11,726 nucleotides of DNA from Promethearchaeota archaeon (GTDB lineage Archaea; Asgardarchaeota; Lokiarchaeia; Sigyniarchaeales; SOKP01), in the NCBI GenBank assembly GCA_048938895.1, contig JBHLLU010000092.1, positions 1 through 11,726 of the forward strand, in the 5' to 3' direction. The translations under genes were made by a program, and so were the position numbers. Shown piece by piece: positions 1-7,431 of this stretch. How positions within the stretch are numbered: the stretch's first letter is position 1; every line of letters begins with the position of its first letter. A model generated the notes under the pieces. The model saw only the letters and a list, made by a program, of their open reading frames with translations. It made no database searches and was not told where the DNA came from.

Positions 1-51
1 ATTATAGCTGATGATAAAGTAATCTATGAAGAAGGAAAATGGAAGATTTAG
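1..51 (+). CDS. 3' end of a gene running in from the left edge; possibly an M29 (AmpS/AmpT-type) aminopeptidase
   Basis: Frame 1 reads IIADDKVIYEEGKWKI* (TAG at 49-51). This resembles the 'I.aDG.vIy.nG.w.i' C-terminus of M29 aminopeptidases. Only 16 codons are visible. Confidence 0.45.
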   Translation: MIADDKVIYEEGKWKI

Positions 52-128
52 TTATAATTACAAATTTTATTAAAAACAAAATATAAGAAAATGTAAAAAC
101 AAAAATTAGGAAAATAGGGGATATTTTT

Positions 129-1403
129 ATGGAAATAATACCAACACAGAAAAGCTTTAGAAGTTATATGTTTTTTTGGTCAGGGCAGTTATTTTCGCTG
201 CTTGGATCAATGGTCGTTCACTTTGTAATAATTTGGTGGATTCAAATTGAAACTGAAAGTCCGACAATGCTTTCTTTAGGCCAGTTTTTTTACTTTTTAC
301 CAATGCTATTAGCTATGCCTATTGCAGGAGTATTATCAGATAAATTGAAACGCAAAAATATCATTATAGTTGTAGATTCTCTGCAAGCTTATGTAACAAT
401 TATTCTTATAATCTTATTTATTTACAATGTAGCAAATATCTGGTTAGTTCTTGTATTTATTGCGTTAAGAAGCCTTTTTCAGGCATTTCATCAACCTACA
501 GTCGCCGCAGTTACTCCTTCGATGGTGCCAAAAGAAAAACTAAGTAGAATTAATGGGATAAGCTTTCTATTTATAGGACTTATTCAACTTATTGGTCCTG
601 CTATTGGTGCACTTATGCTACAGTTTTTTGCAGTGAAGATAATCTTATGGGTTGACGTGATAACTTTCTTTATTGCACTCATACCCTTGCTTTTTATTAA
701 TATTCCGATAGTGAGAGATAAAACTCAAACAAAGGAAAAAAACGGATTTATACGGGATTTTAGAATTGGATTTTCCGCTTTGATTGCAGTGCCAGGTTTA
801 ATTACATTACTAGTTATGGCTATGTTTGCAAACTTTTTAATACAACCATTAGGTACTCTATTGCCATATTATGTTAATGTTACTCATGGTGGAATGGCGT
901 TTGAATATGCTTTGATCACAATATTTCTTCAAATAGGGATTATGGGAGGTGCCGTCTTAACTACCATCAAGAAGGAATGGAAACATAAAATTGAGCTTAC
1001 TTTTTTTGGTATTGCGTTTGTTGGAGTTGGATATGCTGTTTTAGCATTTATTCCAAAGGGATTTTTCTATTTGATTGGTATAGATTTAATGGTTATGGGA
1101 TTGGTTTTACCAATTATTAATGTAATATATCAAACAATTTTACAGACGAATGTAGCTCATGATAAACTGGGAAGAGTCACATCGATAGATTCAACACTTT
1201 CTATGGTTATTTCTCCAGTAGGTTCCATAATCGCTGGACCTGTAACTGAAATAATTGGCATACAACCTCTATTTTTAATATGCGCAATAGCGACAATAGT
1301 TTTAATGCTTTCGATGTACTTTTTTACAAATATACGTCATGTGGAGTATAATGGTCATACAACTTTAGATTCTAAAATACTTGAAGAAGAAATAATTGAA
1401 TAA
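129..1403 (+). CDS. MFS transporter, DHA3/MefA-like (macrolide-efflux-like) family
   Basis: 424 aa with about 12 hydrophobic segments. It has the N-terminal FWSGQLFSLLGS, motif A-like GVLSDKLKRK, AFHQP..AAVTPSMVPKEKLSRING and C-terminal LGRVTS, all typical of DHA3 MFS. Confidence 0.9.
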   Translation: MEIIPTQKSFRSYMFFWSGQLFSLLGSMVVHFVIIWWIQIETESPTMLSLGQFFYFLPMLLAMPIAGVLSDKLKRKNIIIVVDSLQAYVTIILIILFIYNVANIWLVLVFIALRSLFQAFHQPTVAAVTPSMVPKEKLSRINGISFLFIGLIQLIGPAIGALMLQFFAVKIILWVDVITFFIALIPLLFINIPIVRDKTQTKEKNGFIRDFRIGFSALIAVPGLITLLVMAMFANFLIQPLGTLLPYYVNVTHGGMAFEYALITIFLQIGIMGGAVLTTIKKEWKHKIELTFFGIAFVGVGYAVLAFIPKGFFYLIGIDLMVMGLVLPIINVIYQTILQTNVAHDKLGRVTSIDSTLSMVISPVGSIIAGPVTEIIGIQPLFLICAIATIVLMLSMYFFTNIRHVEYNGHTTLDSKILEEEIIE

Positions 1404-1409
1404 TTGAAC

Positions 1410-1426
1410 TTTTTCCCTTTTTTTTT
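1410..1426 (+). terminator. Oligo-T tract, candidate archaeal-type terminator after the first MFS gene
   Basis: TTTTTCCCTTTTTTTTT begins 6 nt after the TAA at 1403. Confidence 0.5.
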
Positions 1427-1447
1427 AATTTTTAAAATGTGTTTTAA

Positions 1448-2722
1448 ATGAATACAAGAGAAAAACTAATGGAAGAATTAGCAAATAAAGGCACTTTCAA
1501 GAGCTATATCTTTTTTTGGGCGGGGCAGCTGTTTTCGTTATTAGGTTCTTCAATTGTACAATTTGTGATAGTAGTATGGATTACATTAGAGACTGGGAGT
1601 CTTCTCGTTCTTTCATGGGCAAATTTCTTTCTAATGTTTCCTACATTGTTTATAACCCCAATGGCAGGAGTTTTTTCAGACCGATACGATAGAAAAAAGC
1701 TAATATTAATCGTAGATTCAACTCAAGCAGCTCTTACAGTTATTTTAATAGGTTTTTTTTGGTTTAATTTCATAAATCTTACAGTGATTTTTTCTTTCCT
1801 TAGCCTTCGAACGATTTGCCAAGCTTTTCACTCCCCTGTAGTTGCTGCAATTACACCTTCTATGGTGCCTAAGGACAAATTAAGCAGAATGAATGGATTC
1901 GACTTTTTATTTTCTGGACTTATTAATATTATAGGTTATCCTATTGGTGGCGCTCTCTTAACATTCTTTGATATTAAATTCATTCTTTGGGTAGATGTGA
2001 TAACATTTTTTATAGCCTTAATTCCATTAATCTTAGTTAAATTCCCAATCGTTCACCTTAATCATAATAAAGATGAAAAAAAATCCTTTTTGGAAGATTT
2101 TAAAATCGGGATCAAGGTCTTTAGAGCAATTCCGGGATTTGTGCTATTGTTATTTATAGTTATGGTTGTGAATTTTTTTCTTCAACCATTATTAGTACTA
2201 ATGCCATATTACATTTTAAATACACATGGAGGAACTGTACTTTTATTAGGATTTATTGAAATGTTATTTCCGCTTGCTTCACTTTTCGGTGCATTGATTC
2301 CTTCATTTAAAAAGACATGGAAGAATAAAATTTTAGTGGTAATTATTGGATTAATTTTTATCAATATAGGATATTTAGCATATGCATTAGCACCTACCGG
2401 ATTCTTTCCAATTATTGCTTCGGGTACCATTTTAATCGGTTTTATTTTGCCAATTATTAACACTATTGGTTTTACCATCTTTCAAACTGTTGTTCCAAAA
2501 GATAAAATAGGGAGGGTACTGTCAATAATTTTGACGTTATCGATGATGATTTCTCCTTTAGGAGCAGTTATTGCAGGTCCTATGAGTCTAATGTTAGGTA
2601 TTACCATTCTATACTTCTATTGTGCTATAATAGGAATATGTATTGCGTTAATTTCGTATTTTTGCACAAACCTTAGGCATATAGATTTTGATAAGGAATA
2701 TGAACTTAATTTAATAAACTAA
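1448..2722 (+). CDS. MFS transporter, DHA3/MefA-like family (tandem paralog of 129..1403)
   Basis: 424 aa with FWAGQLFSLLGS, GVFSDRYDRK and AFHSP..AAITPSMVPKDKLSRMNG. The true start may be the second ATG at 1469 (MEELANK), which aligns better with the first paralog. Confidence 0.9.
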   Translation: MNTREKLMEELANKGTFKSYIFFWAGQLFSLLGSSIVQFVIVVWITLETGSLLVLSWANFFLMFPTLFITPMAGVFSDRYDRKKLILIVDSTQAALTVILIGFFWFNFINLTVIFSFLSLRTICQAFHSPVVAAITPSMVPKDKLSRMNGFDFLFSGLINIIGYPIGGALLTFFDIKFILWVDVITFFIALIPLILVKFPIVHLNHNKDEKKSFLEDFKIGIKVFRAIPGFVLLLFIVMVVNFFLQPLLVLMPYYILNTHGGTVLLLGFIEMLFPLASLFGALIPSFKKTWKNKILVVIIGLIFINIGYLAYALAPTGFFPIIASGTILIGFILPIINTIGFTIFQTVVPKDKIGRVLSIILTLSMMISPLGAVIAGPMSLMLGITILYFYCAIIGICIALISYFCTNLRHIDFDKEYELNLIN

Positions 2723-2727
2723 GTTCG

Positions 2728-2737
2728 AAAAAAAAAA
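2728..2737 (-). terminator. Oligo-T tract (A10 on +), candidate terminator of the MBL-fold gene
   Basis: Run of 10 A on + lying about 25 nt downstream of the minus-strand stop at 2763, in the convergent gap. Confidence 0.45.
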
Positions 2738-2762
2738 GCAAAAATTAAGAAAGTTTTTGGGT

Positions 2763-3590
2763 TTACTTGGTTTTATAGAAGTTTAACCAAGTATTAATTG
2801 TCATATTCTTACGCCCTTCGTCAGGTTCTCCAAAAGTATCTGGAACAGAAACCTTTGAAGCTTCTAAACCGTCATTTATTGCATCTTTTATTATATTTCT
2901 TAGATCTTTATAAAATTTAATATGTCGATCTAATGTATTAGCTCCTTTCATTACAGGACCGTGACCTGGAATATAAAAATCTGCGTTAATGTTCTTCATT
3001 TGTTCTAATGCATTGATCAATTGCTCAGGACTACAAGTAGGATCCCCCGCATAAGGGAATACATTTTCAAATATCAAATCACCTGCAAAAACAACTTTTT
3101 CAAAAGGAACAGAGACGAAACTAGATCCCGCTGTATGACCTCCAGTGTGGAATACTTCAATGAATAAATCCTCATCTTGAATGATTATTTTATCTGTAAA
3201 GAGAAGATTTGGAACGATATACTCGATATCTTCCCCAATTGGGCCCTCCTTGGCTAAATCTTTAACAAAAACTTGATATCGAGATTTAATTTCATCATTC
3301 AACATAATTCTTGAAGTTGTTTGACTACTTAATACACACACATCTTTAAAGGGTTTAATTCCAAAAATGTGATCGCCATGATAATGAGTAATCACTAAAT
3401 ATTTAACTGGAACGCCAAATTTATTCTCTAAATTCTTACGCAATATATCACCAGTCTTAACATACATAGTACTATCTATTGCGATGCAGAAATTTCTCAA
3501 ACCAATTCCTCCTGCATTACCACGACCTACTCCTGTAGTATTGGCTACAGTATGAGGTGTTACAGTATCTAAATCATATGAAAAAGTCAT
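2763..3590 (-). CDS. MBL-fold metallo-hydrolase (cyclase/glyoxalase II-like subgroup), substrate unknown
   Basis: 275 aa. Complete metal-binding motif set: THYHGDH (HxHxDH), GGHTAGS, FAGDLIF and IPGHG. Confidence 0.9.
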   Translation of the reverse strand: MTFSYDLDTVTPHTVANTTGVGRGNAGGIGLRNFCIAIDSTMYVKTGDILRKNLENKFGVPVKYLVITHYHGDHIFGIKPFKDVCVLSSQTTSRIMLNDEIKSRYQVFVKDLAKEGPIGEDIEYIVPNLLFTDKIIIQDEDLFIEVFHTGGHTAGSSFVSVPFEKVVFAGDLIFENVFPYAGDPTCSPEQLINALEQMKNINADFYIPGHGPVMKGANTLDRHIKFYKDLRNIIKDAINDGLEASKVSVPDTFGEPDEGRKNMTINTWLNFYKTK

Positions 3591-3653
3591 AAAATTTCAA
3601 CTTGGAAGTTTTAAGATTTAGAAATTATTTAGTTTTTTATATTTTATTCTAAA

Positions 3654-4160
3654 TCATGAATTGTTGTTGCTTTTTTGAATCCAATTTAAAATATTTTGAG
3701 ATTTTTTAGGAAACATTTCCCTAATGATTTCTATTGCTGTTTTTCTTATTATAGGATCGTCATCTGAAAGGATGCAATTCTCAAGAGCTTGAAAAACATT
3801 ATTATTTTTTAGTTTTAGTACTTTAAATGCTTGAATGCTTATGCTTCGAATATCAGGGTCTTCACTATTTTCTATAAAATGAATTAGCAGTTCAGTGGCT
3901 TCTAAATCATCCATTTGCTTGGTAGTGAAATATTCATAGACTTTTGCCACAGTTAAATCTTTATTGATAAAGTCTAGAGCATCCTGATAAAGTAAACTTA
4001 ATCTCCTGAAAGAATCCTCAAATTCAGAAGTTCTTCTTAAATCAAAGGGACATTCATGATTCTCAGGTATTCGATGTTTACTACAGAATATCATTCCGCA
4101 ACTTTTACATCTATAAGGGATAGTTGTGATTCTTTTATCACAGAAATAACAATTTGTCAA
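3654..4160 (-). CDS. AN1-type zinc finger fused to a HEAT-repeat-like helical domain
   Basis: TTG start. C4-x2-C7-x10-C18-x2-C21-x4-C26-x2-H29-x5-H35-x-C37 fits the AN1 consensus exactly. The C-terminal half has two HEAT/PBS-like units (NSEDPDIRSISIQAF; SDDDPIIRKTAIEII). Confidence 0.85.
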   Translation of the reverse strand: MTNCYFCDKRITTIPYRCKSCGMIFCSKHRIPENHECPFDLRRTSEFEDSFRRLSLLYQDALDFINKDLTVAKVYEYFTTKQMDDLEATELLIHFIENSEDPDIRSISIQAFKVLKLKNNNVFQALENCILSDDDPIIRKTAIEIIREMFPKKSQNILNWIQKSNNNS

Positions 4161-4176
4161 GGCTTTTAGATTCTAT

Positions 4177-4184
4177 TTTATAAA
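4177..4184 (-). promoter_or_regulatory. Candidate TATA box for the AN1-HEAT gene
   Basis: TTTATAAA begins 24 nt upstream of the TTG and is preceded by an A-rich BRE-like stretch. The spacing is slightly short and the AT-rich background weakens the call. Confidence 0.3.
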
Positions 4185-4243
4185 TTTTACTAAATATTAA
4201 TTTGATTTTATTGATTTAAACTCTATCTGTTAAAATAATAATC

Positions 4244-6643
4244 TCATAAACTATGTTCGAGCCTATCAATTATATCGTTTTGTATGGGTGTACCAAGATC
4301 TATGAACGTAGCATTATATCCTCCTACTTTTACCACTAAATCGCTATAGTTTTCAGGATATTTTTGAGCATCTCTAAGAGTTTCAGTAGATACCACTGTT
4401 GGTTGAAGTTGCATCCCACCAGAATTAAAATACCCCTCTAAAAGATGTATGAACTTGATTATATTCTCATTACCTTCAAGATTTTGGGGGTGGATCCTGA
4501 CATTAACCGCGACCCCATTAGTTGCTAGCCCATAATCTAATTTGGCAATCGAGTTTAATGCTGCCGTAATACCATTTTTTTCTGCTTTGTTAGTAGGAGA
4601 AAGACTATTCGAAAGTGGCCGAGTTTCTTTTCTACCATCAGCAGATGCTCTTGAGAATAACCCCTCTATTACATGCACACCCATTGAATAGGCTCCTGGA
4701 CTATAACGACCATTTCTAAGACATTGATGTTTTACTACTTCGGAACAATATAAATTCCATAGCTCAACTGCTAATTTATCAATTTCCTCTTTATCATTTC
4801 CCCACTTATCATATTTATTAACCAATTTCTGTCTTAAACTTTCTGCCCCTTCAAAATTAGAATTAAGAATTTCAATGAATTCTGGAAGTGTAAACTGTTT
4901 TTCTTCATAAATTAGCTTTCTTATATTATATATTGAGTCAACTAAAGTAGCAAATCCGTAGGCTGTGATCGATGAGAAATTGTATTTTGCTCCACCAGCA
5001 GTATAGTCTCTACCTGTTTCTATGCATCCCTCGATTAAGGCTGAAACAAATGGTTGCGGAAAATAGTTGATAGTCTCTCTATCCCCAATATACGCGATTT
5101 TAACAGCTTTTTCAATATTGTATTCCAATTGGGTTTTAAAAGCACTATAGAATTTTTGATAATTAGTAAAATTAATTGGATCCCCAGTTTCTAATCCACT
5201 CACTTGTTTTGTAAGGTTACAATATCCATTATTTAATGTGAGTTCAAGGACACCTGGTAAGTTTATAAAAGTTCGACCCGTGGCTGCAAACGTATCTCCT
5301 TGACTAGAAGGTTCGACACATCCGATTATAGCATAGTTTCGAGCGTCTCTCAAACTATTGCCTGCTTTAACCATAGCAGGAATTATTATGTCATCGTTAT
5401 AAAATGCTATTCCTGATGTTTTTTGAAAAACATTTAATGCTTCTTTTAAGAACTTTTCAGGGGTTTTTTTATGAATCCTCACAGAGAGATCGGTGGTAAA
5501 TGCTTTAAGATTCTTATAAGCTTCAAGAAATAAATAAGAAAGCTCATTTGTTGTATCATTTCCTTCAAGGTCTATTCCTGAGATGGTTATAGTTTGGGTA
5601 TTTTGTCCGAGAGCATTCGCAATTGTGGTATAATCGGTAGGTAGTATAGTTACATTCCAGGTTAATTTCAAATTTAATTCTTCAATTAATTCTAAAGCAA
5701 ATTCTCTTCTAATACGCTTACTTTCTAAATCTTTTTCATAGTATGGCCACAGGATTTGATCTAACCGACCTAAAGCAACAACACTTCTCTGATAAATTAT
5801 ATTAATTATATTTTGAGTAAAATGAATTAATTGAATGGCCTCATAAAAAGTTTCAGCTGTTCCTACGGTAAACTTTTTCATCATCTTTCCAATGATTCTA
5901 AGTTCTTTTCTTCTATCTTTGTTTTCCTCTTTCAGAGCCATATCATATGCAAGTTCAGAGTATCTGTTTGAAAATTGGATAACCGCATTATAATGAGTTT
6001 TTACTACTTCATAAAAATCATATTTTTCTTGAAAATCATCATCAGTTTTCTTCAATTTTGATTGGTATAATTCAACTTCCTTTATTATCCCTGGATAGCC
6101 AAGCCTTAGAAGTTTTTCATATCCTACACATATATGCCCCTCGTTAGTGCCATTTACAATAGCAATATTTGGGGCTGCTGCCTCAATTCTTGCTTTCCCA
6201 GAAATTAAATTTGCTTCATACATTTTTTGAGGGATAATATTGCCATATAAAGCCCTTCCTTTCCAATAAGGAAGTATTTCTAGTAATTCATCAATTTCAT
6301 TTTCTTCAATGAAAAACGGCTGTAATTTTCTTTTTGCATATCTTCTTATTGTAGAACGTTTATTGAATGTTCCATCATACGAGTGTAAATCTAAGTTAAT
6401 TTTTTCTCCTAAATTTTTACTTGTTTCATTTCCAACAAGCAATTCATCTTTCCTAATGAAGATCGTCATATTTTCCAGGGTATGAGCTAAAGCTTTAGCT
6501 CTTTTTATGATTTCAGATTCATTTGGCATCTTTTTATAAATCTCAGTAAAATAACGAATTCGTTCGATACATAATTCATATTTACTTGTCAAGAGGTCAT
6601 TTTTCAACCTTAAGGTTCTTTTAGTTTGCCTATCTAAAATCAT
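4244..6643 (-). CDS. Glycyl radical enzyme, PFL2/glycerol dehydratase-like (eliminase) class, substrate unknown
   Basis: 799 aa. N-terminal 'IKRAKALAHTLENMTIFIRKDELLVGN', GRLDQILWPYY, Cys loop IIGCVEP (C442, E444), KWGND and SADGRK. C-terminal Gly loop is YSDLVVKVGGYNATF (G775). Confidence 0.93.
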   Translation of the reverse strand: MILDRQTKRTLRLKNDLLTSKYELCIERIRYFTEIYKKMPNESEIIKRAKALAHTLENMTIFIRKDELLVGNETSKNLGEKINLDLHSYDGTFNKRSTIRRYAKRKLQPFFIEENEIDELLEILPYWKGRALYGNIIPQKMYEANLISGKARIEAAAPNIAIVNGTNEGHICVGYEKLLRLGYPGIIKEVELYQSKLKKTDDDFQEKYDFYEVVKTHYNAVIQFSNRYSELAYDMALKEENKDRRKELRIIGKMMKKFTVGTAETFYEAIQLIHFTQNIINIIYQRSVVALGRLDQILWPYYEKDLESKRIRREFALELIEELNLKLTWNVTILPTDYTTIANALGQNTQTITISGIDLEGNDTTNELSYLFLEAYKNLKAFTTDLSVRIHKKTPEKFLKEALNVFQKTSGIAFYNDDIIIPAMVKAGNSLRDARNYAIIGCVEPSSQGDTFAATGRTFINLPGVLELTLNNGYCNLTKQVSGLETGDPINFTNYQKFYSAFKTQLEYNIEKAVKIAYIGDRETINYFPQPFVSALIEGCIETGRDYTAGGAKYNFSSITAYGFATLVDSIYNIRKLIYEEKQFTLPEFIEILNSNFEGAESLRQKLVNKYDKWGNDKEEIDKLAVELWNLYCSEVVKHQCLRNGRYSPGAYSMGVHVIEGLFSRASADGRKETRPLSNSLSPTNKAEKNGITAALNSIAKLDYGLATNGVAVNVRIHPQNLEGNENIIKFIHLLEGYFNSGGMQLQPTVVSTETLRDAQKYPENYSDLVVKVGGYNATFIDLGTPIQNDIIDRLEHSL

Positions 6644-6688
6644 GGTTTCACATCAATATTATTGTATTTTGAAAAAAATGTTATTATC

Positions 6689-6724
6689 ACTTCTAATGTA
6701 ATAAAAACTTCTAATATAATAAAA
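6689..6724. repeat. 18-bp tandem direct repeat (2 copies, 1 mismatch) upstream of the GRE gene
   Basis: ACTTCTAATGTAATAAAA (6689-6706) followed directly by ACTTCTAATATAATAAAA (6707-6724). Confidence 0.8.
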
Positions 6725-6759
6725 AATTATTTCTGCTAATTTGAAATATATTTATGGAA

Positions 6760-6786
6760 AGTAACAAAATCATAGTTTCTGTTACT
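6760..6786. promoter_or_regulatory. Inverted repeat AGTAACA-N13-TGTTACT, candidate operator or hairpin
   Basis: Perfect 7-bp arms at 6760-6766 and 6780-6786, extendable inward by AAA/TTT with one bulge. Confidence 0.35.
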
Positions 6787-6789
6787 CTG

Positions 6790-6802
6790 AAAAAAAAAAA
6801 AA
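6790..6802 (-). terminator. T13 tract terminating the 159-aa membrane protein gene
   Basis: 13 consecutive A on +, starting 2 nt after the minus-strand TAA at 6805. Confidence 0.6.
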
Positions 6803-6804
6803 GT

Positions 6805-7284
6805 TTACATTAGATAATAGAATGTATTTGTTCCAAAAAACATAGGGTACAACACGAAAAATAACGATATCACCGCTAAACCTAAAGCTAATCTCCTCGT
6901 CTTTCTATTAAACGATTCATCGATAACAATTGATAATAAGCTGATGATTATAAATATAAAAATAATAGATGCACTAATTGATGCAATACTACTGAGTATT
7001 GAGATATTAAATAAATTTGTATATAAATTGGCTTCTAATTCTTCACTTCTTAGATCATATGTGCTGTAATCTATTATTCCTCTTTCATATTTCACAGATA
7101 ATCTCTGTCTAGCAGCAGAATACCAGTTTTGATTAACCAATATAAGACTTTGACTTGCGATGAATAAGCTACCTGCTATTATTGCTATTATCATTCCTGT
7201 TTTTAATCTTTTAACTTTAACTATTCTATTCTCTCTAAATCTATCCTCATCAATTATACTTTTTTCCGTCTTTATGATATCCAC
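6805..7284 (-). CDS. Hypothetical membrane protein (about 3 TM helices)
   Basis: 159 aa, GTG start. Hydrophobic segments near aa 30-50, 92-120 and 133-150. A terminator-like T tract directly after the stop supports a real gene. Confidence 0.75.
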   Translation of the reverse strand: MDIIKTEKSIIDEDRFRENRIVKVKRLKTGMIIAIIAGSLFIASQSLILVNQNWYSAARQRLSVKYERGIIDYSTYDLRSEELEANLYTNLFNISILSSIASISASIIFIFIIISLLSIVIDESFNRKTRRLALGLAVISLFFVLYPMFFGTNTFYYLM

Positions 7285-7398
7285 CCTCTTTCAGGTATAC
7301 TAATGTGTAATTTAGTTACAAGAATCATTAATAACACCTTAATTATAAATAATACTCTTTATTCCTTTTTTCTTTTTTTCTATATTAATAACTTAGAA

Positions 7399-7405
7399 TT
7401 TATAA
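7399..7405 (+). promoter_or_regulatory. Candidate archaeal TATA box for the APC permease
   Basis: AGAA-TTTATAA lies about 27-33 nt upstream of the ATG at 7432, with no Shine-Dalgarno. This fits a leaderless or short-leader transcript. Confidence 0.4.
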
Positions 7406-7431
7406 TTATCAAAAATTAAATATAATACATC

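Noticed and set aside
2209-2478. 89-aa minus-strand ORF
   Set aside because: Entirely antisense to a well-supported MFS gene, with no motifs. A typical shadow ORF opposite hydrophobic codons.
2763-3590. Calling the MBL protein a beta-lactamase and the MFS pair macrolide-resistance genes
   Set aside because: Fold and family motifs do not establish antibiotic substrates. The MBL protein has no signal peptide.
4244-6643. Naming the GRE pflB, cutC, hypD or dhaB1
   Set aside because: It has no Cys-Cys pair (not PFL), has His where CutC has Asp, and lacks the NGHS and Cys+14 Asp of diol dehydratases and the HypD loop context. No gene symbol is justified.
6654-6664. Short dyad CAATA-T-TATTG just upstream of the GRE start
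   Set aside because: Only 5-bp AT-rich arms; not distinguishable from background.
6689-6724. Tandem repeat as a CRISPR remnant
   Set aside because: Two abutting 18-bp units with no spacer and no cas genes.
6756-6771. GGAAAGTAACAAAATC matches GGAAAGTAACAACATC at 11552-11567 (15/16)
   Set aside because: In an AT-rich 11.7-kb window such a match is expected by chance, and the second copy lacks the partner TGTTACT arm.
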